Assembly: GCF_006345805.1 (NCBI RefSeq)
Contig: NC_042999.1
Span: 113,212,001 to 113,276,000 of the forward strand
Origin: Octopus sinensis
Lineage: Eukaryota
Reading direction: 5' to 3'
DNA length: 64,000 bases
The notes under the pieces were generated by a model that ran no database searches, was not told the origin of the DNA, and worked only from the letters and a program-made list of their open reading frames with translations. Every line of letters begins with the position of its first letter. Position 1 is the stretch's first letter. Position numbers and translations under genes: made by a program. This document shows positions 12,783-31,209 of this stretch, one piece after another.

Positions 12783-12935
12783 AAAGAAGAAGAAGAAGAA
12801 GAAGAAGAAGAAAAGAAGAAGAAGAAGAAGAAAAGAAGAAGAAGAAGAAGAAGAAGAAGAAGAAGAGAAGAAGAAGAAGAAGAAGAAGAAGAAAAGAAGA
12901 AGAAGAAGAAAAGAAGAAGAAGAAGAAGAAGAAGA
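12783..12935. repeat. (AAG)n trinucleotide repeat
   Basis: Direct inspection; source of the poly-E/K/R and poly-F/L/S ORFs. Confidence 0.97.
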
Positions 12936-13467
12936 AAAACAACAACAACGATAACAACAAAATCTGCTCTTACTCGCAAAACATTCTTTGGTTGATATCT
13001 TCGAGCGATTATTTTACAAATATTGTAAATATGTCCGTGTCCATATTCATAATTGAAACGTTCTTTTAAAGGTAACCAACAATTATTTCATGAAAAACAT
13101 TAAAAAAAATGTGTTTTTTAAATATTTCTAATCTAACCAAAATTGCTGAACGCAAATTTCCAAGAAACAAATACAGCCGTATAGAATTAAGATAATATCT
13201 TAAATGTAAATAGTATCAAACCAGAAATTGTTTCTATTTTTTCATTGTTGTTCATTATTGTTTTAAAGTTTAGAATCTCTATGCCACGTAGGCATTGATT
13301 ATTTCAGAATTATTTCACGTATATGTATGTATGTATGTATGTATGTATTGTATGTATGTATGTATGCATGCATGTATGTATGGAAGTATGTAAGGATGTA
13401 TGTATGAATTTGTTTGCATATATGCATGTGCATATGTATATTGTATATATATACATGTATGTATGTT

Positions 13468-13550
<83 letters not shown>

Positions 13551-13799
13551 GTGTGTGTGTGTGTATGTGTGTGTGGTGTGTGTGTGTGTGTGTGTGGAAA
13601 AAGTCAAGGTAGAAAATGCTAAAATAATTTAATAAAAAAAATTTCAGTACCGGTCGATCATTGAGACTTTTTCAACTGTAAGTATGGAAAACAATTAAAT
13701 TTTGGAAAAATTAAATGAAAAGTTTTTGAAAGAATATTTGCAGTTTTCAAATACAAGAGGCATTTTCCTTGTTTCTGCCTGTCTCTGTCTCGTTTACTC

Positions 13800-16320
13800 T
13801 TGTTGGTTTGAGTTTGTTGTGAATTCTTGGCAGAGAAGAAGACGAAGACGAATGCGGGAGTGCTATGATAGTAGTAGGATATTAACTGGTCAAGTGCCCT
13901 GAAGGTGACTCGTGGATGGTAGTAGTGATTGAATTCTTGAGATATCTCTTTTGAATGTATTATTTATAATATTTGCGTATGTGTTATTCTAAACAGTAGT
14001 AATAGTAAAGTAAGGAAGGAGGTGGCGGAGAAGAAGAAGATGAAGAAGAAGGAGAAGAAGGAGAAAGAGAAGAAGAGAGAATGATAAGGGAATGCGCGAT
14101 GGTATGATAGTAGTAGGATGTTAAGTGGTCAAGTGACCTAAATGTGGCTGGTTGTGGATTATAGCAGTGATTGGGACTGTTTTTAATGAATTCTTGAATG
14201 TTTCATTTTTAATATTTGCGTGTGTGTTGTTCTAAGGCCGTGGTGGACATGTCGTTTGTTGTATATATGTTCAAAACGGGTCTGTATTTTGTAATAAAGA
14301 GAGTCTCTTTACTAATTCGTTGGCTACAGGTTGTATCGTCCCTGAATTTGAAGAGGGGAAAAACTCTGAAGCTTGGATTTTTGTTATTGGCGCAAATGTC
14401 GATGTGTTGGCTGGATGCCATTTTTCTGTTTTTGGGAATTTTGATCTGGGATCTGTGCAGAGCCATCCTTTGACGCAGATTGTTTTTTGTTAGGCCTATG
14501 TATTGCTCTTGACACCCAGAGCAGGTTAGTGCGTATATCAGGTTCTCCGAAGCACGTGAAACTGCTTTTCACTGTGAAACGTTGTTCCTGTTTGAAGGAG
14601 AACTCTGATCCCTCAAATTGACGCATAACCTACAGTTGGGTCTTCCGCATTTCGTTACTGACGGCTTCAGTGTTGTTGTTGAGCGTTTCGGGCTTGTGTA
14701 AGGAGACTTTTCATAGATTTGGGTTGTCTCTCGCTTTTTATGATGGTGTGTGTTTGGAGGATCAAGTTAATCCTTTGGGATGTCTGAGTTCGTGGATATT
14801 GAGTTGTAGGGCACGTTGAAAGCATGTCAACGAAGGTGGGTAATTCCTGGTGATGAGTATATCCTTTAGTTCATGTAGTCGTGTATCCCTGGTGCTTGCA
14901 TTAGAAATTATAGTACATATCCTTTTTGCCAGGTTGAAAGGGATATTCATTCTGGTGTGTTTGGGGTGGCATGAGTTGAACGGTAGATATTGCTTGGAGT
15001 CCGTGGGCTTATAGTATATATCTGTTTCTATTACGTTGTTAGATTTCTGAATGAGGATGTCGAGGAAGGGAAGTTGTTAATGGCTATATTCCATCGTGAA
15101 TTGAATTTTCCCGTCAAGTCCATTTATAAGTGCTTGAAATTCTTGAAGTCTCTCTATACTTTCATGCCAAAGAATGAAACAGTTATCCAGGTATTTCTTC
15201 CAGTTATTTTCTAATGGGCTGCCGTATTTTTCTAGAACCTTACGATAAAGACTAATTTCTAGATATCCCATGACTAGGTTAACAAAGGAGGGGGCCATTC
15301 TCATACCCATTGCAGTCCCCGATTTCTGTCGATAGAAGTTGTCTTTGAAGACGAAGTAGTTATTCTCCAAGATGAATTTTAGCCCTTCTATCATGAATTG
15401 TTTTTTGATGCAATGTGGGAGTTAGTTGGCCTAATTCTCTAGCCAGAATTGAATTGCCTCTCTTCTTAGGTTGTGGGGGATATTGAAATAAAGGTTGACT
15501 ACATCGAAAGATACTAGTAGGGTGTTTTTGTTTATTGCTTCAGGAAGGTGATTGAGCGTATCTAGGCCGTCCCTTATGTAGCTCTTGATATGCTTGAGGA
15601 ATGGTTTTAAGAGGGTATCTAAAAAGTTACTGAGGCGGTGGGTTTCGCATGCGGGACCTGCTATTATAGGTCTCAATTTGAGGTTAGTAGGAATAGGGAT
15701 TTTGATTATTATGTCTGAGGCTATCCTGCATGCGTTACTTATTTTCTCACTTTTGTGTATCTTGGGAATACCGTAGAATTCACTGGTTTTACTTTTGAAA
15801 TTGGTCATATAGTCATATTCTTTGTCGGTGAGCCCTTCTCTGTATAGGTTTAACATGGATTTTAGGTATCTTATTATTTTCTGCTGACTCTAGTGTTGGG
15901 CCTTTTCATAATATGTTGTGTCTTCTAATATGGATAGTACTACAGTTATATAGTATACCGTGTCCATTAAGTCAACTGCACTCCTTTTATCAGCCTCTTT
16001 GATTGTTATTCTTTTGTTGTCTTTTAATTTGTTCAACTCGGCCCATTCTTTTTTTGTTGAAGTTTGGTCTGTGTTTTTGTTTGTGCATATGTTGATATGG
16101 ATAATTCGAGATGTGTTCACAGAAATGATCAAGAATTTTGTTCTCATCTTTTGAGCGGAGGGAGGCAGTTACTTCTATTTCGGACCAACTATTCGTCCGC
16201 GTTGTATTTGTCCTATAGCTCCTCAGCGAGTCGTAATTTTCTATGGAATTCCGCGATGTCTCATTTGATGTTGTAGTTGGGGCATTGTGGGGTGGGTGTA
16301 AAAATGAGCCCTTTGGAGAG
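13800..16320 (-). mobile_element. Penelope-like retroelement (RT + GIY-YIG), 5'-truncated and frameshifted
   Basis: Ordered minus-strand motifs: [60 protein letters not shown] (decayed YxDD), IPFNLAKRI, linker KCGRPNCRLC, GIY-YIG NLIYALTCSGCQEQYIG, then HRSQI...KYRPVLN*. The left boundary is approximate. Confidence 0.93.
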
Positions 16321-16390
16321 TATATATATATATATATATATACGGGTATATATACGTATATACACGTATATATATATATGTATGTGTATA

Positions 16391-16467
<77 letters not shown>

Positions 16468-16575
16468 CCATATATGTGTGCGTGTATGCGTGTGAGCGTC
16501 TGTGTGCGTATGTGTGTGCGTGTGTGCTTGTGCGTGTATGTACATACACGCACGCACACGCACACACACACTCTC
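16321..16575. repeat. (TA)n/(TG)n/(CA)n compound microsatellite
   Basis: Direct inspection; abuts the truncated 5' end of the PLE. Confidence 0.95.
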
Positions 16576-17058
16576 ACACGCATAGATATATACAAAAAAC
16601 ATATTCATATGTACAAGATGTGTTTTGGCATCACATTTTTTATGTGACATGTTTTATTAAATGGACTCCATACATCGTATTTACAAGTTCGTTATCCTAT
16701 TGTTTATTTCGAATATTTTATACAAGTTTTTATGTTTGTGTGAAAAACTTACAAACGACTTTTCTCTCTTTACTTTCAAGTATTTTATTTATCATTTTAA
16801 GTATAAAAGTTACATGTGAAAAAAAAATTAAATAAACAATTTTCTCTCTTCATTTTCAAGTATTTTATTTACCATTATATATGACGCTCACCAAACAAGT
16901 AGACATGTTCCTATGACTGGACAGTTGAATTGTAACTCAATAAGTTATATCTCATTTTGTAATGGATACAAGATGTGCTTTTTTATTTTACTTTCGCGAT
17001 TATTCAACCACCCAAACAACCATCCATCCATCCATATGTTCGGGCATACCTACATACA

Positions 17059-17094
<36 letters not shown>

Positions 17095-17921
17095 GTGTGT
17101 GTGTGTGTGTAAAATTTAATTAGAGGTTGTGTTAACTTCATGAACGGATGGTTTCATCCAAGGAAAAACTGGTTCAATACTTAGTATTTTTGGGAAATGA
17201 ATTTCTTTAGAATAATAGATATACTTAAAAACATATAGTTTATATTCACTTAAAAGAAGAAGAAAATGGAGATTTGGAAGTTAATAATTGCTTATTATTA
17301 ACAGCAAATCTTCACTTACAGCCGTTTCTGTCAAGCCTGCTAAAATGAATTCACAAACATACATATAGCATCAGAAGGTACATCTTTTTACCTCTGATGA
17401 TATTATACTCATGTTGCATAAATGTAAATTTAATGTTTATTGAGTATTAATAGAAACCGCTCTAAGTGAAGATGATCAATTTTGCGTTACTAATAAGCAA
17501 TTATTAATTTCCTAATTTCCATTTTCTCCTTTTAAATGAATGAATATATATTCACACACATATACACATACAACATTTTTTTGGAGTCACTCGCGACACT
17601 GAGTTTCGTGTGTAGGCGCACAGTCTTTAGGAAACAAATACTCTTTTTCGAGAGCCAAAAATAAACGGACCTCCACACAGACACACAGATACATATGTAT
17701 ATATATATATGATTATGGAATCACAGTTTTATGAATCGAAACAGTACTGAGTACTTTTAAATAAGGTGGATTAACATTTACTCAAAGGTGTGTCTGCGTG
17801 AATCACTATTTGAAATTTCTCGCTTCTGGTACATTTAATTTGAAACGCAACTAGTCTTCCATCTCCTTCCGACTCATTAAAAAATGAAATTTAATCACAA
17901 TATAAGATCAATATGACTAAT

Positions 17922-18072
17922 TATGATGATGATAATGATGGTGATGATGATGACGACGACGACGATGGTGATGGTGGTGGTGGTTGTGGGGGCAATGATG
18001 ATGATAATGATAATAACGACGACGACGAGGATAATGATTATGACGATGATGATGGTGATGATAATGACGATA
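17922..18072. repeat. Degenerate (GAT/GAC/GGT/AAT)n trinucleotide tract
   Basis: Direct inspection. Confidence 0.9.
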
Positions 18073-18419
18073 ATATTTTCGAAGAGTAACGAAGAATATA
18101 AAAAAAATTACTGATTTTCACGAACTGAATAAGAGCAGTTTATTCAGGTATGATGGGACCAGATGTTTATTAATTAGGTAAATGTGTTTGTGTCATTATA
18201 ACAATTGTAAACACATTTATCATCACCGCACGAAAACAATTTTATGGAAGCGGTTGATTGCCAAACCTATTATTTGTCAAGTCTTTTACAGAAACGACCA
18301 TACAATTATGATATTGTTAATTTTAAAAATTCGAAGAATGTGATAATTTCCAAGTCTCTTGGCCATTAACCTCCAATTTAAGTTTTTTTTTTGCTTGTTA
18401 AAATTTCTTCAAGACAGTC

Positions 18420-18740
18420 TTGACGTCCATATTCTTTTGGGTTTGTGGCACACTGTCCAAGCTTGTGCTTTTCTGACTTAGATGTAAGTTAAGCAACGAA
18501 GCTGTTTACCCAGCTACCAACATACCAGAAATCCCCAACGGAATTCATCTGTGATCTGTTCATTGTTCGCAGAGGAAGACCTTTGTTTTGGTTGAAGAAC
18601 ATATACACTGTTTTCTTCACATTTGGATGGAGACCGATTTTACTTGCTAAGGTCTCTGCCCTATTGAGCAAAATCAGACTGTTCTTTGATACCTTTGAGT
18701 CCATGTTCTTGTATTGCAGCGAAAAATAAACACTTACCAA
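18420..18740 (-). mobile_element. Degenerate non-LTR retrotransposon RT fragment (RTE-like)
   Basis: LLNRAETLASKIGLHPNVKKT.YM...VGDFWYVGSWVNS resembles the post-YADD GLxINxxKT and FxYLGS motifs. Support is weak. Confidence 0.4.
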
Positions 18741-19879
18741 ATAAGTAAAGGAGAATTTAGAGGGTTGCTACACAAGAATGCTATGAATGGCTCTGGATGT
18801 GAAAATTCAGCAGCCACTCGACCAATGAAGCCTTCCCAAAGTTACCAAGTTTAGGGAACGACGTCTCTGCATGCCATATTAATACATGCCTCACCAGTAA
18901 TATGAAGCATCAAATCTTGTGTTCTGGAACTCACATCATGATACCAGCAAGCATGGGAGTTGTCGTCTGACATTTATCGTCAATCTGAAGACGGGCATGA
19001 AATTGGATTCTATCCACGAACTGAAGTTGGCGATAATGTATCGAGAAACCGGGTGGGAAACCGACGAAAGAAAAAAGTATTTTTTCAAGGGTGAAGGCAT
19101 GGTTGTCTGGTCACAGATCGTACTTCGCAACTATATCGTCTCCGAGTCTGTTCCCATTGTTTAATACTTTCAACAAATATCCTCTGTCAATACTTTTGTG
19201 TACAGAATTTGGTAGACAGAAGCAGTGCTGAAACCCGACGTATGCATGATCAATAACTCTTACTAGACTATACGATTCGAAACTAAAAATATAATAATCC
19301 TTCATTTCTCCCTTTCTTCAAGGGTTAATGAAATATGTCACGTTTTGAAATTGTGTACATCTCACACTGAAATCCGAACAACTATACAAGAAAACGTTTG
19401 GCTGTCCATCAATGCAACAACTAAACGACGTTTAAACAATTACATATTCAACATAAAAAAAAGATATCTATGCTTTTCTAAACTGTGCATCATCTAATCA
19501 AGTAACTGTCATCGAATCATCTAAACTATATCTGACAAGTGCATCACATCAAAGCAACTGTGTAATGTTTGAGAAAAAAAAAGCAAACATTTATGTAAAG
19601 AAGTATGCGATGTATAAGCTCCATTCCAATATTTAAAAGACACAATACAATTACAAATATCAAATAGTATAGTTAATTCACCAAGAAAAGAAATCTTACG
19701 ATCAACAGATCTACCCCATAAGTGCGTCATTTGTGTGCATTACGACCAAATTGTTAGAGAAAGCTTTGATCTCCCTCTCCATCACTCTCTCTCTCTCTCT
19801 CTCTCACGCACACATACATATATATGTATTTATGTATATATATAAATATATATATATTTATGTATATGTGTATATATAC

Positions 19880-19911
<32 letters not shown>

Positions 19912-20457
19912 CATATATTATTTATATATATATGATATATTATGTATATATATATATATATATATACACATACATACACACAGGTATATTCAGATAGATA
20001 AGTATATTTATACTTATGTATATATACGTATATGTGTGCTAGTGTATTTATTTGAGCATCTATATGTATGACAATATGTGTGTAAGCGTATGCTGTAACT
20101 GTATTATGATCTTATAAATTTATTTAAGATGTATTGCGTACACATGCATCATTTATCTATCCAAGTATGTATGTAAGTATGTCAGTATGTTTGTATATAT
20201 GTATGTATGTAAGTAAGTATGTATATGTATGTATGTATGTATATATATATGTATGTATGTAATCAACAGATTAAAACCAAAGATTCTTCTGTATAGAAAA
20301 TACTTAGCGTTCAAATGATTCGAACTTAGACTCCGAAGGCTTTACGAAAGACCAATTACGCGGGGTGAAGATTGGCTATAAGACGAATCCAGGTGAGCTG
20401 ATATGGAGGCAATAATGCGGATAAACAAATTAGATATAACAGCTTGGATTTAATATA

Positions 20458-21769
<1,312 letters not shown>

Positions 21770-22135
21770 GCGTGTATGAACATACATACATATTGATTAT
21801 TAAAAAGACAGGGAACAACAACAACGCATTAGCTCACAGCAGTTTCTGCTACAGGAAGCAATGTACTCAAAGCTGAGTACTTGTGCAACATCATGCAGCA
21901 TCCACGGAGCCATTTAAAATGAAGTGAATATTTCAGAAAGCATTTAAATACATAGAAAGCTGTCATTCGGAACAATTTCTATAAATAATACAATACGTTC
22001 CGAGGGTGAGAAGGTACTCTCAGAAATATGCAGATTTAAATAATCATATGTATTCATGTATTCATATAGGCGCATAATGAACGCACACTCACACTCAGTC
22101 ACACACACACACGCACACACATACACACACACATT

Positions 22136-22222
22136 TATATACGAGGGCTTCTTTTTGTTTCCGTCTACCAAATCCACTGACAAGACTTTGGTTGGCCCGT
22201 GACTACAGCAGAAGAAACTTAT
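22136..22222 (-). mobile_element. SINE-2 5'-half fragment
   Basis: GGGCTTCTTTTTGTTTCCGTCTACCAAATCCACT..CAAG.CTTTGGT.GGCCCG matches 47811-47880. Confidence 0.75.
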
Positions 22223-22383
22223 AAATATATATATAGTATAATTGAAAACCGAGAGTGGAGATTTATTCACATCCAAATTATTTTTATGAAAAAGTATTCA
22301 ACAGTATATAAAAATGACCAACATATGTCTCTAAAGCAGAAACTGCACATTGCTCTGTCTGCAGTTATGCATCCTAGTTGCTG

Positions 22384-24150
<1,767 letters not shown>

Positions 24151-24439
24151 TAGCTTTTGACAATATTCGACGACCAAGTCCAAATGCTGGTCTTCTGCGA
24201 ATAAGCCTCTAAGTTCGACAGAACCGTTTGCTTTGATAAGGGCTAGGTATAATGGCTTGTGTGAAACCGAGAAGGTTGGATGAGTGGCTGCTCAAAGTTT
24301 CGTGTTGCTGATCAGACACCCGAGTTTAGGGAATAAAAAATTCCAGGTGGGGACTGATTTTCAACTCTTCTTCAAATAAACATTCTTCCAATCTAGAGGA
24401 TAGTGTTCAGTACTCTCAACTCAAGTTCTTCATTGCATT

Positions 24440-24796
24440 TCGCACCATACATTTACATACATACATTTCGCATACATACATACATACATACATACATACA
24501 TACATACATACATACATACATACATACATACATACATACAAACATACATACATACATACATTCATATGTACATACATACATATATACACACATACACCAG
24601 CATATATACACTCACACGTGTATACATATAAATGTGTGTATACATGTGTACATATATATACATACAAACACATATATTTATAAATGCGTGTATACATATG
24701 TACATATATATATACATTCAAACATACATAGTGCATGCTTATATATGAATAATGACACACACACACACGCATATATATACAGTTATATATTCATGA

Positions 24797-24866
<70 letters not shown>

Positions 24867-25005
24867 TCATTTATATGTATATATATACACATGTACACAT
24901 ACATTTATACGTGTGCATGCCTGAATGCATACATACATACATACATACATACATACATACATACATACATACATGCATACATACATGTATACATACATAC
25001 ATACA

Positions 25006-25039
<34 letters not shown>

Positions 25040-25297
25040 CATACATACATACATACTACAACGTTAATAGCTGCTGACACTAAAATACTTGTGTCGTCTG
25101 TACCACTGAAACAGTTATAATAATCCAAAGACAATCGTAATGAAAAGAGACAACAGAATATTCAACTGTCGGAAGGCAATTTCATGAAAAGTGAGGAGTA
25201 TAATGAAATTCCTATCCATTTAATCGAAAAATCTTCTGTTAAATCAAGATATTTTCTCTGAAATATCTAAATATTTGTCTGATATAACATACGCGTT

Positions 25298-25369
<72 letters not shown>

Positions 25370-25832
25370 ATGTATGTATGCATGTATATGAAGGCATATA
25401 TGTATGTAGACACGCATTTGACGAAATACACGTTTGAATTATGTACACACGAATATAATACATACATATATTTGCTGATTTGCAACTAGTAAAAAAAGAA
25501 AGAAAAAACAAATGAATGGTATATCAATGTAGTTGAGGAAGAGGAGATAAAAGGTCAAAAGTTTGTAGCATACCATCACTAGAGGCATCATTCGACCTTG
25601 TCCCTGTTGATTAATACCTAATGTATATATTGGTTTGCAGAATTTATCGTCCCCGAAGCGATGAAAAGGAAAGGCCAACTGCGCGGAATTTGAACTCGTA
25701 ACTTTAAACGGACGAAATCCCGCTAGTTTAGCGGGATTTCGTCCGTTTAAAGTTACGAGTTTTTCCTGGTGTGCTAACGATTCTGTCAGTTCGTCGCTTT
25801 TTCATCAGAAGTAATATTACCTGAACTATACA

Positions 25833-25864
<32 letters not shown>

Positions 25865-26009
25865 CATACATACATACATACTTACATACATACGTACATA
25901 CGTACGTACGTATGTATGTATGTATGTATATATCTATCTATTTATCTATCTAATTAACTATATATATATATATACATATTTATAAATATATATATTAATA
26001 CCTAATATG

Positions 26010-26051
<42 letters not shown>

Positions 26052-26052
26052 C

Positions 26053-26125
<73 letters not shown>

Positions 26126-26132
26126 TATATAT

Positions 26133-26205
<73 letters not shown>
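24440..26205. repeat. Compound (TACA)n/(TA)n microsatellites at about 24440-25055, 25297-25385, 25828-26205
   Basis: Direct inspection. Confidence 0.95.
25640..25800 (-). mobile_element. SINE-1 partial copy with an internal inverted duplication
   Basis: TTTATCGTCCCCGAA..GATGAAA...GGAATTTGAACTC...CGGACGAAAT.CCGCTA...GTGCTAACGATTCTGTCAG.TCG.CGC, interrupted by the palindrome at 25693-25761. Confidence 0.8.
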
Positions 26206-26209
<4 letters not shown>

Positions 26210-26361
26210 GTTTTCTCGCATGAAATGTCGCATTTGAAAAAGGAAATGTTAAAAATATTTTTTAATCGTTAGAATATTGTTCATTTATGACCGTCATCCA
26301 ACGTTCCTCTAAGGCATATATTTCATCTTCAAAGAACTTGTCATCTTTTACACTTATATGT

Positions 26362-26615
26362 GTGTCTGTGTCTGTATGTGTTTGTGTATATGTGTATATA
26401 TGTGTCTTTGTGCTTGTGGCTGTCTACCACCAATCTCTTGAAAACCGGTGCTGATTTGTTTACACCTCCGTAACTTAGTTGTACGACAAAGAAGATCGAC
26501 ATAATAAGTACCAGGCTTAAAAAAAGACTGGAGTTGATTTGTTCGACTGAACTCTTCAAGGCGGTGCCTCAGCATGGCTGTAGCTTAATGAATGAAGTTA
26601 GTAAAACATGAAAGA
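26362..26615 (+). mobile_element. SINE-2 3' half
   Basis: AATAAGTACCAGGCTT...CTGGAGTTGATTTGTTCGACT...AAGGCGGTGCCTCAGCATGGC; reverse-complement homolog of 9161-9375. Confidence 0.75.
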
Positions 26616-27866
26616 GAACGATAAATATGCAGACACTCACAGGAAAGTAAAATGAAATATAAATGCAAAGTAAAAATGCCGAATATATTTGATATAAAGA
26701 AGGAAATACATGTCAAGAATTTACAATTATCCTCATGGATTATATGATTTTTATTCATACATTTTTGGATTCCCTAATTTCGTTCATGGAAAGATCAATC
26801 ATCGTTGTGTCAGTAGGGACTTTCTGCAGATGCTTGTCGTCAGCTAGAGATTTATCATTGAGATTTTTGTTCTTTCAGATGTAGATATGTAGAGTGTTTT
26901 ACAATTCAAATCTTTTGAAATATTTTCTGTATATCTTTCAGTGTACAGTACAGTTGTTGGCTACATATAGCCGGCTGAACTCTTTGGTAATGTATATATA
27001 TATATATATGGAGAAAAAAATGTGTGTAGGAAGATTGCTCAATGATACACCTGCTTGCCATAAACTGGTTGAGAAGATTTCGTGGTAATCAAAGCTGTTG
27101 GAAATCAGAAATCTCTTGCTTATGATAACAACGATAAAATAAATAGAACGATAGGTTTTTGAGGTGAATGTTGTTTGAGCTAGATTATGAAACAGTATAT
27201 CTGAAATGGTAGGGCTTCAATATCTATAATATAGTTCCTTATATTATGATTCGTGTCCGAGATGACAATAATTTAAAACGGAATGAGAATAATATAGACG
27301 CAAAAATAATATTTATGGTTGGAAGCAACAGATCTCAGCTGTAACTTCCACCAAATGATATATCTTCATATAAGTACATGCAGAATGAAAACAGGGCAGA
27401 ATCGACAAGGGAAACGGCTGAACAAACAGAATTTGCAAATTGGAAGGAATTTGTATTTTCTGTGGAGGAAAATAAAATTTGATGTTTCGAACACAAATCT
27501 TCTTCGGAGATGAATTGATCAAATAGACTGTCAAACAGCGTGAAAAGAGAGAGTAGCTTCTCTTACAGTAAATAAGCTAATCCGGTCGAACAGAAAAAAA
27601 AAACAAAAAACAAAAATCAAACAAAAACAACTCTAGAGACAACGTTTTCATTTTGTGTTTCCCTTACAGTTCACTGAATTATATAGTTCTCACCAGGCTA
27701 CTAATATATAATAATGGGAACAGGTTTTGTAAAACATGCTGTATTCATCTGTGGAGAATGTCATAGAAACAGATCTAAACACCCAATAACGTGATAACAC
27801 GATTGGGGTCTTGGTTCAAATAGTTGAAGCTATTTCTCTTAAGTTTCGCGGCTAGTCCTCAAGAAG

Positions 27867-27957
27867 TGAAGTACGCTGCTGCCACTGCTGCCACTGCTGC
27901 TGCTGCTACTGCTGCTGCTGCTACTGCTGCTGCTGCTGCTGCTGCCACTACTACTAT

Positions 27958-27988
<31 letters not shown>

Positions 27989-28008
27989 GCCGCCGCCGAT
28001 ACTACTAT

Positions 28009-28082
<74 letters not shown>
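27867..28082. repeat. (GCT)n grading into (ACT)n compound trinucleotide repeat
   Basis: Direct inspection; source of the poly-A/poly-T and poly-S ORFs. Confidence 0.97.
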
Positions 28083-29630
28083 TTTTGTTTTAGTATTATC
28101 GAAATGAGAATAATAGAAGACAAGGTCATCACGATGGTATTTTAGCAGAAACAAAAGGCCAAAACCAGATGTTGTGGAGCATCCAATGTAGCGTTGTAAT
28201 TTTTGGAAACACCAATTGATGCGTTGACTAATGAAGTATAAGGTCTCTGGTTTGTAGTGAAGAAAGGCCAATTGTAACATTCAAAACGTTTCTAAAGGAA
28301 TTAGTTGCGAAACAAGCGAAATGTATGCAACAAGGAAAAGAAACCGAATCAAGAAATCATTTCCAAAAGGTCTACCACTGCGTCAAGACTGTGACCCCGA
28401 ACTACCCACATGATAATAAGATTGAAAATAAAACCTCATTTTTCTCTATTTTCATACTGATCTTATTCATCTGTAACCCAATAAATATAAACGTAACTAG
28501 GTCTTACGCTTAACAAATCTATTTTCTTTTCACTTTTCTCTATTTTTGAATTTAAAAATTCAATTCCTCTCTTTTTATAATATGGAAATTTAATCTGGCA
28601 ATATTATTTTCTAGTTTTCATATCGATTTTTACATTTTTATCTCCGTCGGACAATTACTCGACACGCTACCTAAATGTAATGTTCTGCTAGTAACATTTC
28701 ATTTGGTCATCCTTTAGATTCTGATATTTCCTAAAATTCTTGTTCATTATTTTCGTTTTTGTTGTTGCTATTATACGTGTCATATTCGGTTAGTATCACG
28801 CTATGTAAGTAAACTATCAAAATCATTTTACGATCTGCATGTATAAAAGAATCCCTCAAAAGAAAAAAGAATCCCCGAAAAAAAAAGTAAAAATAAAGAA
28901 GAAAAACCGAATACAAATTGGAGGAGAAACCTTTTCCAGGATAAAACGAAAAATATTTAATGAAATAAAATCTGTAAAAACACTATAGAAATAGTATGAA
29001 TTTATTTGCTTTCGTTTTCTTCGACACACACTTTTCATTCACTCCATTTTCTTTTGTATCTTTCTGCATTTGTTTGAACAACGTTATTATGTAACTAAAG
29101 ACGTTTTGTAATGTATTAAAATATAAGTTAAACTTAAGAATTCTGGGAATAATTTCTTTTTTACTTAGCAAATAATCATCCTCATAATCCCTCGAGTATT
29201 CGATTATATTAACCAGGTGAATTCTTACGAGTCTGTCTATTTACGATCGTATATCTACCTTAATCGTTTGTTCCTTTTCTTTACAAAATTCCCTCTATTA
29301 TTTCAACGAAATCATATTTAAAAAATACATTTCGATGTAAGCTTATTTCTATTCTTGTTTGTAGTATATCGTATACATTTTTACACACAGCAAATTATAA
29401 TTTCTATTTATCTTCCTTCCGTGCTATATATTTTTCTTCGTATTTTCACTCATAAAAATAATACATGTATGTACGTATATGCGTCCGTACGCACGTACGT
29501 ACGTATTCATGTATGCATACATGTACGTATGTTTGTATGTATGCATGTATGTATGTATGTATTTATATATGTATCAATGTATGTATGTATGTAGGTTTAT
29601 ATGTGAATATCTGCACGTATCCTGTATATG

Positions 29631-29706
<76 letters not shown>

Positions 29707-29855
29707 TACACATACATATACATATATTTATATATATACACATATATAAATATACATGTGTGTGTATATACATATACGCACACACATGAATACATCCATA
29801 CACTTACATACATATATGTGAGCGTGTGTGTGTATTCACACACACGCACAATACA

Positions 29856-29895
<40 letters not shown>

Positions 29896-29903
<8 letters not shown>

Positions 29904-30492
29904 TACATTGGTGAATTGTTGATTTTGCATGTCTGCTTGAGCATGGTGGGAAATTTGAAAGTTCAAATATCTACATATCTACCTAGCAACCTACCTACTT
30001 ACCTACCTACATACATGCATGCATACATACATACATACATACATACATACATACATACATACATACATACATACATACATACATACATACATGTATGCAT
30101 GCATGCATACATACATACATACATACATACATACATACATAAGTACATACATATACGCACGCATCCATACATACACACATACATACAGGTACACACATAC
30201 CAGGCACATGCATGCATACATATACATAAGAGAATTTATGTGTAAAAGAATGAATACGCGCATGTACTAGTGCACGCATGCGCGAAAATATTTTCAGATC
30301 CTCTCTAAGTACAGATGGCGTTCAGTAATCTGTTTACTAAATCACAATACATACTAATATAACAATTTACAGATAAAGTATATACACATACGCACACTTT
30401 TAAATATGCATACACACACACACACACAAACACAAACGTTTATCAGTGTATGTACATACCCACACGCAAACACAAGCACACTCGCAGACACA

Positions 30493-30550
<58 letters not shown>

Positions 30551-31133
30551 CACCACAAACACATACATTGGTGAATTGTTGATTTTGCATGTCTGCTTGA
30601 GCATGGTGGGAAATTTGAAAGTTCAAATATCTACATATCTACCTAGCAACCTACCTACTTACCTACCTACATACATGCATGCATACATACATACATACAT
30701 ACATACATACTACATACATACATACATACATACATACATACATGTATGCATGCATGCATACATACATACATACATACATACATACATAAGTACATACATA
30801 TACGCACGCATCCATACATACACACATACATACAGGTACACACATACCAGGCACATGCATGCATACATATACATAAGAGAATTTATGTGTAAAAGAATGA
30901 ATACGCGCATGTACTAGTGCACGCATGCGCGAAAATATTTTCAGATCCTCTCTAAGTACAGATGGCGTTCAGTAATCTGTTTACTAAATCACAATACATA
31001 CTAATATAACAATTTACAGATAAAGTATATACACATACGCACACTTTTAAATATGCATACACACACACACACACAAACACAAACGTTTATCAGTGTATGT
31101 ACATACCCACACGCAAACACAAGCACACTCGCA

Positions 31134-31209
<76 letters not shown>

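Noticed and set aside
22139-22150. TACGAGGGC resembling a mariner TIR start
   Set aside because: Explained as the end of the SINE-2 5' half on the minus strand; no partner TIR.
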